14,366 nt of DNA from Nitrosopumilus sp. (lineage in GTDB: Archaea > Thermoproteota > Nitrososphaeria > Nitrososphaerales > Nitrosopumilaceae), in NCBI GenBank assembly GCA_965205425.1, contig CBDBGZ010000001.1, forward strand, positions 1-14,366. Reading direction: 5' to 3'. Made by a program: the position numbers and the translations under genes. The notes beneath the pieces were generated by a model. It worked only from the letters and a program-made list of their open reading frames with translations. It was not told where the DNA came from and did not search any database. Positions 1 through 8,021 of this stretch are shown here, piece by piece (the stretch's first letter is position 1; each line of letters begins with the position of its first letter).

Positions 1-629
1 TGTGTCCCAAAGTAGGTGCTGGAACTGATCAAAGTATTGCACTTGCTACATCAATTGCATCATCTAGACCTGACACCTATTATTCTCCAAACCAGTATGC
101 TAATGAAGCAAATTTCAAAGGACACTATGTTGGAACTGGGCCTGAAATTTGGAAACAAACTGAAGGTAAAGTAACTCATTTCTTTACTGGTGTTGGTACT
201 GGAGGTACCATTACAGGAATAGGTGCCTATCTAAAAGAAAAAAACCCTGGTGTTAAAATAATTGGATGTCAACCACAACAAAATCATTTGATTCAAGGAT
301 GGAGAAATTTTGAAGAATCTGCAAAACCTGATTTATTCTTAAAAAGAGAAAATGTTGTAGATGATTGGGTATCTGCTGATAATGATGAGGCATTTTCAGT
401 TGTAAAGGATGTCTTTGCTAAAGATAAACTCTTGATTAGTCCTTCCTCTGCTGCAGTATATGCATGCATGAAAAAGTATTCTATTGAAGAGGATGCATGT
501 GTTGTGGGAATTTTTGCTGATGATGGACGTAAATTCAAAAGTGTTTATGCAACTCAACATGTAATGACTGAAGAAGAATTTGATAATTGCCTCAAAGATG
601 CAAAACACATGTCTGAATTAGCATACTAG
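1..629 (+). CDS. cysK: PLP-dependent cysteine synthase family protein (CysK/CysM-like), 5'-truncated by the window edge
   Basis: The frame is open from base 3: CPKVGAGTDQSIALATSIASSRPDTYYSPNQYANEANFKGHYVGTGPEIWKQTEGKVTHFFTGVGTGGTITGIG... and continues into the listed 288..629 ORF. It has the NQY.N..N...HY..TGPEI motif, the GVGTGGT phosphate-binding loop, SPSS and D.G.KF. CysK versus CysM cannot be resolved. Confidence 0.88.
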   Translation, partial: CPKVGAGTDQSIALATSIASSRPDTYYSPNQYANEANFKGHYVGTGPEIWKQTEGKVTHFFTGVGTGGTITGIGAYLKEKNPGVKIIGCQPQQNHLIQGWRNFEESAKPDLFLKRENVVDDWVSADNDEAFSVVKDVFAKDKLLISPSSAAVYACMKKYSIEEDACVVGIFADDGRKFKSVYATQHVMTEEEFDNCLKDAKHMSELAY

Positions 630-1106
630 TTACTCAAGAATACTTTTCAAATGTTTTTCATAAAATTCTCTAAATGATGCATTCATGTCCATTTCATGTC
701 GTAAACATTGGTTACTTTGTTCTGTAATTTGATTTTTAATTTCTTTACTCCATAAACTTTGTTGTTTATCTTTTGAATCAATTATTGTTGGATTCTCTTT
801 TATTTTCTCCATGGTCTCTGATAGCGTTGTACTTAATTGTCTGAATTTACTAACACGTAAAAGGAATCTTTGCGCTTCTTCTTTATTTGCCAAGTCCATC
901 ATTGCGTGAACTTGATTGTAATATTCTAAACCTTTTTCGTTATATTTTTTAAAATCATCCATTCTTTGATTCCAATATTCTTTGGTTACTTTTTCTTCAA
1001 TTCTATAACTGAATTGAATCTCTCCCAAATCCATTCCTAATCTAGCTAGTTTGTCACTGTGTTCTTTAGCTAATTTTTTTAGATTTTCTGGATCTTGGCT
1101 CAACAC
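630..1106 (-). CDS. Hypothetical, charged alpha-helical protein (~158 aa; GTG 1106 or TTG 1103 start)
   Basis: Long ORF with genome-typical K/E-rich composition. It fills the gap exactly and its stop abuts the cysteine synthase stop. Confidence 0.75.
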   Translation of the reverse strand: MLSQDPENLKKLAKEHSDKLARLGMDLGEIQFSYRIEEKVTKEYWNQRMDDFKKYNEKGLEYYNQVHAMMDLANKEEAQRFLLRVSKFRQLSTTLSETMEKIKENPTIIDSKDKQQSLWSKEIKNQITEQSNQCLRHEMDMNASFREFYEKHLKSILE

Positions 1107-1136
1107 TCTTTGATTTCCTATCTCACAATAAAGAGT

Positions 1137-1352
1137 TTATATTTTTGACTCATTCCATTTTTCTTCAGATTTTTTTGAATAATCTAGCATACATGCCTCA
1201 CAAAATGAATCCCACTCTGTAATTCCTAATTTTTCAAAATATTTTACAGACCATTTGTATGAAGGCACTTTCCTGTATTGTAATTGCTGAATGGTGTAGA
1301 TGTCTTTTTGATGAAATTTATTCAGGCATTTTTTACATTGAGCATTTTTCAT
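1137..1352 (-). CDS. Small putative zinc-binding protein (CxxC...CxxC), 71 aa
   Basis: Contains CKKC and CEAC pairs. Its ATG overlaps the trxB stop by one base (TAATG on the minus strand). Confidence 0.75.
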   Translation of the reverse strand: MKNAQCKKCLNKFHQKDIYTIQQLQYRKVPSYKWSVKYFEKLGITEWDSFCEACMLDYSKKSEEKWNESKI

Positions 1353-2356
1353 TACTGTTTATCTGCACTTTCAGTGAGATATTTATCTACATCAATTGCT
1401 GCCATACATCCAAATGCTGCAGCAGTAATTGCTTGTCGATAACTTCTATCATGTACATCTCCTGCAGCAAAAATCCCTTCAATGTTGGTATGAGTTTTAT
1501 TTTTTAATACGATATATCCTTCATCATCTAAATCAATTTGACCTTTGAACAGTTGTGTATTTGGTTCATGACCAATTGCGACAAACAATCCTCCTGCATC
1601 GAGTGTTGTTTCTTCATTTGTTTTTAGATTTTTTAAAACGGCTTGTTGTATTTTTTGATCTCCTGTAATTTTTGTTACTGCTGAATCAAAATGGAATTTT
1701 ATTTTCTCATTGTTAAATGCTCTTTCTTGCATAATTTTACTTGCACGTAATTCTTCTCGTCTATGAATCAAATGTACATTTGTTGCAAATTTAGTAAGAA
1801 ATGTTGCTTCTTCTATTGCTGAATCTCCTCCTCCAACTACAACTATTTCTTGATTCCTAAAGAACGGACCATCACATGTTGCACAATATGATACGCCTTT
1901 TCCACTGAAAGTCTCTTCACCCTCTACATCTAATTTTCTTGGATTAGCACCGGTTGCAATAATTACTGCCCTACCTTCAAATTCTTCTGATGCTGTTAGA
2001 ACTTTGAATGGTTTACGCCTAAAATCTACATCTACTGCTACATCGTCAATAATTGTGGTTCCCATTCGTTGTGATTGTTTTCTCATATCAATCATCAAAT
2101 CTGGACCCATTATTCCATTTTCAAATCCTGGATAATTTTCAACTTCTGTAGTGTTGACTAGTTGTCCTCCTGGAAGTAAGCCTGATAAAATTAAAGTGTC
2201 ATAACCTGCTCTAGAACAATAAATTCCTGCAGTGTATCCTGACGGACCTGCACCAATAATAATAACATCATATTTTGTTTTAGTTTTATCTGCTATTTTG
2301 ATTTCGTCATCTCTTGTTTCAAGAACTGCTGAACCTTCATCTCCTCCTGCCATCAT
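1352..2356 (-). CDS. trxB: Thioredoxin-disulfide reductase (low-molecular-weight type)
   Basis: GAGPSG FAD motif, VENYPGF, CATCDG redox centre, GGGDSA and HRR NADPH motifs, FAAGDV, QAITAA. Confidence 0.97.
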   Translation of the reverse strand: MMAGGDEGSAVLETRDDEIKIADKTKTKYDVIIIGAGPSGYTAGIYCSRAGYDTLILSGLLPGGQLVNTTEVENYPGFENGIMGPDLMIDMRKQSQRMGTTIIDDVAVDVDFRRKPFKVLTASEEFEGRAVIIATGANPRKLDVEGEETFSGKGVSYCATCDGPFFRNQEIVVVGGGDSAIEEATFLTKFATNVHLIHRREELRASKIMQERAFNNEKIKFHFDSAVTKITGDQKIQQAVLKNLKTNEETTLDAGGLFVAIGHEPNTQLFKGQIDLDDEGYIVLKNKTHTNIEGIFAAGDVHDRSYRQAITAAAFGCMAAIDVDKYLTESADKQ

Positions 2357-2400
2357 GATGTTAATGGTCTTAATTTCAATAATTTAAGTGAATATCCCTT

Positions 2401-3159
2401 TTAATTTCTTATTTTATCTAAGATCTCAGAATGTTTTTGACATATTTTTTTATTTTCTAATTGTGTATAGAAAAGATCTTTTTGCCAATGAGCATTGAAT
2501 AATCTACATTCTTTATTTTCACAAAATGCATCTCCTGTAGTGTAATACATGATAGCTTGCATCACATATCCTTCTGTAATTTCACTTAGTCTTGAATCAT
2601 GATATTCTAAAAATTCACCCTTGAATTTCTCTTTAATATCTTCTATCTTTTCTTCTGAAAAATTTGTCATTAAATCTAAATAGTATTGTTTAGGTTTTGC
2701 TGGAGCTTCTATAATTCCAGTTGTTGAAATTATTGTAGGATTGGAACTAATTAGTGCTCTAGCATGATATCTGAAATCCCCATTGTCAAATGTTGCAGTA
2801 AGCTTGTTTGTAAAAATTATATGTAGTGTGTTATCTACAATTGGAATATTCTCTGTAATGATGTTTTGTAGTTCAAATCCATCATACAAAATCATTATAT
2901 CTTGCTCAGATGTATCTTGATTTTCTTTTTCAATTAGGATTTCTTCTTGTGTTGGAATATGTTTTTTAAATTGTTTTTTTAAATCAAAAATTCGTGTTGA
3001 TGCTATTCTTTCAAATATTTTGTTTTCCAAACCTTCAAAAAAGCTATCTTGTATCTCAACTTTGATTTGAAACGTGTTTGTGATGAATTGTTTTATTTTT
3101 TCTATCTGAATTTCAGGAACTGCAGGTTCATTGTATAGAATAATTTTAGAAATCTTCAC
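2401..3159 (-). CDS. Archaemetzincin-like putative metallopeptidase homologue (DUF6775-like) lacking HExxH
   Basis: 252-aa ORF with a GTG start. C-terminal G..FC-x4-C-x21-CxxH pattern resembles the archaemetzincin Cys-Zn site. Also contains DFRYHAR and GIIEAPAKP segments. Confidence 0.65.
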   Translation of the reverse strand: MKISKIILYNEPAVPEIQIEKIKQFITNTFQIKVEIQDSFFEGLENKIFERIASTRIFDLKKQFKKHIPTQEEILIEKENQDTSEQDIMILYDGFELQNIITENIPIVDNTLHIIFTNKLTATFDNGDFRYHARALISSNPTIISTTGIIEAPAKPKQYYLDLMTNFSEEKIEDIKEKFKGEFLEYHDSRLSEITEGYVMQAIMYYTTGDAFCENKECRLFNAHWQKDLFYTQLENKKICQKHSEILDKIRN

Positions 3160-3182
3160 TAGAGAAAGACTATCTTGATTGC

Positions 3183-4001
3183 TTATCTTTCTAACTCTTT
3201 GATTTTATCTGCTGCAATTTGTGCTGCTCTCTTTCCAGAGTATAGCATAGAACCAAATGTTGGTCCCATTCTTGCCAGTCCATGAGTTTCTGTGACTGAC
3301 ATTCCTGCAGCAATTAATCCTGGATAAATTTCACCTGTCTTGTGTACAACGTGTTCTTCTCCATCATTGACATACATTGGCTCCATGCCTTTCCATTCTG
3401 CTAAACCTCTATCAACTAGTCTTTTTACTGCAACAGAATCGTGACCTGATGCATCAATGATAACTTTAGCTTCAAAAGCAACTGGATCTACACATGTAAT
3501 GTTACGTGGTAGTGCTGAAACTGGCATCCAATTAACAACAATTCCTGCAACTCTTCCGCCCTTTAGTACTAAATCATCAAACTTTGTTAATTGAAGAAAT
3601 TTCACTCCTGCATCACATGCTCCTGCAATTAATTTTGAAACTGCATGTGGCCCTGGTGTCATGTATAATCCCTCTTGTACTTTTTTGTATGGGACTCCTA
3701 ATTCATCCCAAATTTTTTGGGCTGGTTCTCTTACTGTAACTGGATTCATCATGTATCCTCCTAACCAATAACCTCCTCCAAGGTAGTTGTTTTGTTCAAT
3801 TACCAAAACTTTGTAACCCATGTTGGATAATTCCCTACTTGCTGTTAATCCTGCAGGACCTGCACCAATAATGATGACATCTGATTCTGCTCTATCAATT
3901 AATACATCGTGAAATTCATTTGCAATTGCACGTGTAATTTCAACTTCTCGTACATCTGTAAATATTTTTTCTGTTTGTTCTGCAACAGTTGCTTCTTGCA
4001 T
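3183..4001 (-). CDS. thi4: Thiamine thiazole synthase Thi4 (Cys-type active site)
   Basis: DVIIIGAGPAGL dinucleotide-binding motif, GGGxWxGG, VVNW...CVDP, DASGHD, RMGPTFGSMLYSG. The start is placed at ATG 4001 (MQEATV...), with a TATTAA box about 25 nt upstream, rather than at 4025. Confidence 0.95.
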   Translation of the reverse strand: MQEATVAEQTEKIFTDVREVEITRAIANEFHDVLIDRAESDVIIIGAGPAGLTASRELSNMGYKVLVIEQNNYLGGGYWLGGYMMNPVTVREPAQKIWDELGVPYKKVQEGLYMTPGPHAVSKLIAGACDAGVKFLQLTKFDDLVLKGGRVAGIVVNWMPVSALPRNITCVDPVAFEAKVIIDASGHDSVAVKRLVDRGLAEWKGMEPMYVNDGEEHVVHKTGEIYPGLIAAGMSVTETHGLARMGPTFGSMLYSGKRAAQIAADKIKELER

Positions 4002-4024
4002 GAAAATGATGAATTTTGTTAACA

Positions 4025-4038
4025 ATTAATACTTTCCC
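4025..4038 (-). promoter_or_regulatory. Putative BRE/TATA promoter of thi4
   Basis: The minus strand reads GGGAAAG-TATTAAT about 25-37 nt upstream of ATG 4001, a spacing consistent with a leaderless archaeal transcript. Confidence 0.5.
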
Positions 4039-4051
4039 ACATCTAATTTCT

Positions 4052-4077
4052 AAAAAATTAGTATCCCCTAATTTTTT
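4052..4077. promoter_or_regulatory. Perfect 10-bp inverted repeat in the thi4/sir divergent region; candidate operator
   Basis: AAAAAATTAG-tatccc-CTAATTTTTT. Confidence 0.4.
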
Positions 4078-4152
4078 CAAACATTTTTCTCTTCATAGAA
4101 ATAGGAAAATTTTGTACTTTGAGGAAATATCTCTCCTAAAACCTCCAAATTT

Positions 4153-4165
4153 CAAAAATTTATAT
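4153..4165 (+). promoter_or_regulatory. Putative BRE/TATA promoter of the sir-rhodanese operon
   Basis: CAAAAA-TTTATAT ends about 31 nt upstream of ATG 4197. Confidence 0.55.
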
Positions 4166-4196
4166 CCAAACTAAAAGGAATTTCTTTGTATTAACC

Positions 4197-6002
4197 ATGT
4201 CAGATCTTAAACAATCTCCACCTAATTCTGTAAAATCCAAAATAAATTGGTCCCGAATTGAAGAGGCTGATGATTTTGCAAATACTGTAAAGTTATTCCG
4301 TCAAGGAAAATATGACGAAGATAGTTTTAGACGATATAGATTACAACATGGAGCATATGGAACTAGAATGACTAGTGACTATGCTATGGTTAGAGTTAAA
4401 CTCCCAGCTGGTGAAATTTATCCTGATCAAATTGAAAAAATATCTCAATTAAGTGAACAATATTCTATAGGTAGTGCACACTTTTCCACTAGGGAGAATA
4501 TTCAACTCCACTGGGTAATTCTTGAAGATGTATCTGAAATATTTCGAGGTTTAGCTGAAGTCGGATTAACATCTAGAGAAGCATGTGGAAACTCTGTAAG
4601 AAATGTAATGTGTAGTCCATTGTCAGGTGTTTGTCCTGATGAAGAATTTGATGCGACTCCATACGCACTTGCAACTGCAAGATTCTTTTTAAGAAATCCT
4701 ATGGCTCAAAACCTTCCTCGCAAATTTAAATTCAATTTTACATGTTGTGAGAAACATGGCATGGTAAGAATGGTTGATGTAGGATTGATTCCTCAGATTA
4801 GAGAACTAGATGGAATCACTCAGAAAGGATTCAAAATTTTCCTCGGTGGTGGTTTAGGAAACAAATCTTTTGTTGGACATCAGTTAGAAGAATTTACTCC
4901 TGAAGAAGATTTACTTTATACCTCAATTGCTGTTATGAGAATCTTTGATAGAATGGGTGATAGAAAAAATCTTGCTCGAAACAGAATGAGATACTTGGTA
5001 AATGATATGGGTTGGGACAACTTCCAAAACCTTGTACTCAAAGAAAGAGCTGTAGTTCGAGCTACTCAATCAGTTATCACTCAATTAGAAGTTGATCATA
5101 CTCCAGATGTTATCAAAAGACCAATTCGAATCAGTGATGAGAATGGTGGGGAAACGACTCCTGATGGATATGCTAGGTGGCTCAAGACCAACACTGTAAA
5201 GCAAACACAAGAAGGATACCATTCAGTATTCCTTACACTTGAAGCCGGAGATATTACCGCAAGTCAATTGTACGGATTGGCTGATATTATTCGTAACTTT
5301 TCGTCTGAAGGTAAGGGAAGATCTGGTTTTTCGCAAAACATTGCTTTACGATACGTACATGAAGACGATTTACCTCGATTATATTCTAAACTTCTTGAGA
5401 CTGGACTAGCAAAATCAGGTGCTTTGACCATGACTGCTCCTATTGGATGTTCTGGAACTACTTCTTGTAATCTTGCACTAACTAATTCACATAGATTGGC
5501 AAAAGAAATCCAAAGAAAATTCTTGGAACTAAAGTTAGATGAAGATGAAGACCTTAGTGATTCTTCAATTAAGATTAGTGGATGTCCAAATTCATGTGGA
5601 CAACATGGTATTGCAACTTTGGGATTCTTTGGTGGCGGTGGACGTGTTGGAAAAGACATGTATGCAAATTACCAAATGTCGGTTGGTGGTCGTTCTGATG
5701 GTGATACTATGTTGGGACAAACTCTTCTTAGGGTTCCTGCAAAACGAGTAATTCCAGTTATTCTAAAAATCCTTGAAATCTTCAAAAACAATAAAAAATC
5801 TGATGACACTTTAAAATCTTGGATTCATAGAGTTGTAAATGGAAATGAGGATTCAGATATTAAATCAATTGCCGATATTAAAAAAATTCTAGAACCATTA
5901 ATTGTTCCACCAACAATAGAAGAGGATCCTGACTTTTACTTGGATTATGGAAGTGATTCTAGCTATCATACAAAGACTGGAAAGGGTGAATGTGCTGCTT
6001 GA
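4197..6002 (+). CDS. sir: Ferredoxin-dependent siroheme nitrite/sulfite reductase, most likely assimilatory sulfite reductase
   Basis: RLQHGAY, HFSTRENIQLHW, CGNSVRN and LPRKFK motifs. Siroheme/[4Fe-4S] ligands CSGTTSC (Cx5C) and SGCPNSCGQH (Cx3C). The sulfur-gene context favours sulfite as substrate. Confidence 0.9.
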   Translation: MSDLKQSPPNSVKSKINWSRIEEADDFANTVKLFRQGKYDEDSFRRYRLQHGAYGTRMTSDYAMVRVKLPAGEIYPDQIEKISQLSEQYSIGSAHFSTRENIQLHWVILEDVSEIFRGLAEVGLTSREACGNSVRNVMCSPLSGVCPDEEFDATPYALATARFFLRNPMAQNLPRKFKFNFTCCEKHGMVRMVDVGLIPQIRELDGITQKGFKIFLGGGLGNKSFVGHQLEEFTPEEDLLYTSIAVMRIFDRMGDRKNLARNRMRYLVNDMGWDNFQNLVLKERAVVRATQSVITQLEVDHTPDVIKRPIRISDENGGETTPDGYARWLKTNTVKQTQEGYHSVFLTLEAGDITASQLYGLADIIRNFSSEGKGRSGFSQNIALRYVHEDDLPRLYSKLLETGLAKSGALTMTAPIGCSGTTSCNLALTNSHRLAKEIQRKFLELKLDEDEDLSDSSIKISGCPNSCGQHGIATLGFFGGGGRVGKDMYANYQMSVGGRSDGDTMLGQTLLRVPAKRVIPVILKILEIFKNNKKSDDTLKSWIHRVVNGNEDSDIKSIADIKKILEPLIVPPTIEEDPDFYLDYGSDSSYHTKTGKGECAA

Positions 6003-6796
6003 CAGATTCTGTTAAAATTACAACTGATGTAGATTCTTTACGTTCAGAAATCCGAGACAAAAGTGTTAGAGTAATTGATGTTAGACGAGAAGCAGATTAC
6101 AAACAAGATCATATTCCAACTGCAGTAAATTTACCCCTTGCAAATCTTTTGTCTGATGATAGTCCGGAACGTGTTTTAAAATTAATTAATTCTATGGGGA
6201 TTGATGATGAAACTCCTGTTGTAGTTTACGATGATACATTTGGTGCTTTAGCATCTCGAGTTGCATGGACATTGGAATACTTGGGACATTCAGATGTTAC
6301 TTTGTTAGAATCCACTTATGGTCATTGGAAATCTCTTGGATTAGAAAATGACTCTATTGCTCCTGAAATTCAAAGTAAGGAACACTCTCTGAAATTACAA
6401 CCTGATATTTTGGCAACTTCAGATTATTTAGAAACTGCCAAAACACGCGATGATGTAATTTTAATTGATAATAGGGAGAGATTAAATTTCCTTGAACAAC
6501 ATATTCCTGGTGCCATTAGCTTACCTTATCGTACTTTGGCCTCAAATGATAAAATTTTACGCTCAAAAGAAGATATGAAACGATTATTAGATAATCGTGG
6601 AGTTACTGGAGATTCTGAGATTATCACCTATTGTGGTAGTGTGGGTACGCTTTCTGGTTTGGCATATTATGCACTAAAATCTGCTGGATTGCCAAATGCA
6701 AAACTATACGTTCGCTCCTTTAAAGAATGGAAAAATCTGGAAAAACCTACGGAAAAACAAGAAGATGCTAGTTACTGGGATTTATCTGCTGAATAA
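5999..6796 (+). CDS. Tandem-domain rhodanese / thiosulfate sulfurtransferase
   Basis: IDVR....Y...HIPTA, VVVYD, ASRVAW, a second HIPGA repeat, and the active-site YCGSVGT. The likely start is TTG 5999, overlapping the sir stop (TTGA), with GGGTGA at 5984-5989 as a Shine-Dalgarno-like site. Confidence 0.92.
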   Translation: MTDSVKITTDVDSLRSEIRDKSVRVIDVRREADYKQDHIPTAVNLPLANLLSDDSPERVLKLINSMGIDDETPVVVYDDTFGALASRVAWTLEYLGHSDVTLLESTYGHWKSLGLENDSIAPEIQSKEHSLKLQPDILATSDYLETAKTRDDVILIDNRERLNFLEQHIPGAISLPYRTLASNDKILRSKEDMKRLLDNRGVTGDSEIITYCGSVGTLSGLAYYALKSAGLPNAKLYVRSFKEWKNLEKPTEKQEDASYWDLSAE

Positions 6797-7918
6797 TTAA
6801 GAAATTTCACTTCTAAGTTTTTTTGTTACTGTTCCTTCAATATTATCAAACAGTACAATCATTTTCTCTTTATTATCAATTAAGTAATCCACTCCTCTAT
6901 CTTTTAATCTAATTTTCCATAATCTAATTTCTCTATGTTCATCAAAGAAATTTTCAATCATTTGTTCTCCTGATTTCTTTGGGTCTATGAAAACATCAAA
7001 GGTATCTATGGTTTTATCGACATCTTCTTCTTCAATTGCTTCTTTGACTGATTGAATTGCTTGACTAAGCTCTTTCAAATTCTTTACTGGTCTTGGTAAT
7101 GTTTTCTTGGTGATACCAAACAATCCTTTTTTCTCTTTACCTAATTTTTCTGCAATATTGTCCGCAAGATCATAAATTGGAATTTTACTTAGACCGTCTC
7201 TTTTTTCATTTTGTACTATCAACCCCTTTTCTAATAATTTCTTCAAAGCAGTTTCAGCATCAATTTTATCTAGAAATGTTGTCCATACTATTGCACCTAT
7301 AGTGTGGTATCCTTGTCTAACTGATTCTAAAACAACCACTTCTTGAATTCTTTTGAATCCTTCTTCAATTCTTACATTCATGAAATCTTTATCTCTGATT
7401 GATTTTCTAGCATTCTTCACATCGATTTCAATTGAACGTTTCAATGCTTCTAATGCTTCAGGAACTTGATTTAGCAATGATAAGAAACATGCTTGGTTAT
7501 ACCATGCCATACCATATGTTGGGTCTGATTCAATTGCTTTTTGTGCTGCATCTAGTGCTTTAGCATAATTTTTTTGTTCATAATGAACTAATCCTTTGAG
7601 ATTCCAAGCTTCGGGATTTGTAACATCAATGTCTAAAATTTTATCATATACTTTCAATGCTTCTGAATGTTCATCTAAGTGAAATCTTGCATATCCTATT
7701 TTCATTAAAGTTTCAACATTATCTGGTTCAATTCTTAATGCTTGTTCAAAAATTTCGATGGCTTCTTCAAGTTTTTCATCTGCCATCAAATTGACTCCTT
7801 TCTTGAATAATTTCTTACGATTATAATCTACATCTACTAAACTTCGTTCTCTTGGAATTGTCTCATCTTGTTTTGATATTTCTACATCCTTTGATTTTCT
7901 ACCAAATGGTTTCTTCAC
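6797..7918 (-). CDS. Tetratricopeptide-repeat protein with a putative winged helix-turn-helix and a helical C-terminal domain
   Basis: About four TPRs (AIEIFEQALRIEPDN, ALKVYDKILDIDVTNPEAWNLKG, AWYNQAC), followed by VLESVRQGYHTIGAIV...ALKKLLEKGLIVQ...PIYDLA. GTG start. Confidence 0.85.
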   Translation of the reverse strand: MKKPFGRKSKDVEISKQDETIPRERSLVDVDYNRKKLFKKGVNLMADEKLEEAIEIFEQALRIEPDNVETLMKIGYARFHLDEHSEALKVYDKILDIDVTNPEAWNLKGLVHYEQKNYAKALDAAQKAIESDPTYGMAWYNQACFLSLLNQVPEALEALKRSIEIDVKNARKSIRDKDFMNVRIEEGFKRIQEVVVLESVRQGYHTIGAIVWTTFLDKIDAETALKKLLEKGLIVQNEKRDGLSKIPIYDLADNIAEKLGKEKKGLFGITKKTLPRPVKNLKELSQAIQSVKEAIEEEDVDKTIDTFDVFIDPKKSGEQMIENFFDEHREIRLWKIRLKDRGVDYLIDNKEKMIVLFDNIEGTVTKKLRSEIS

Positions 7919-7932
7919 AGCTCAATTGCCAT

Positions 7933-7946
7933 TTTATCTAGATAAA
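7933..7946. promoter_or_regulatory. 14-bp perfect palindrome overlapping the putative TATA box of the TPR gene
   Basis: TTTATCTAGATAAA, 15-28 nt upstream of GTG 7918 in the divergent intergenic region. Confidence 0.4.
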
Positions 7947-8021
7947 TACCAATCTTAATTGAGCCTATTGATGTTCAATTCACACTTGAAATAGGTACAA
8001 GCGATCTAAATACAGAAATAC

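Noticed and set aside
288..629. Stand-alone 113-aa protein
   Set aside because: It is the C-terminal part of the cysteine synthase reading frame, which is open from the window start.
4002..4196. TPP riboswitch upstream of thi4
   Set aside because: I found no CUGAGA or CUGAU...GCG.AGGGA core on the minus strand, and the putative TATA lies only about 25 nt from the start.
5990..5998. Rhodanese start at ATG 5990 (MCC...)
   Set aside because: TTG 5999 gives a typical 4-nt overlap and sensible Shine-Dalgarno spacing, whereas ATG 5990 directly abuts the GGGTGA.
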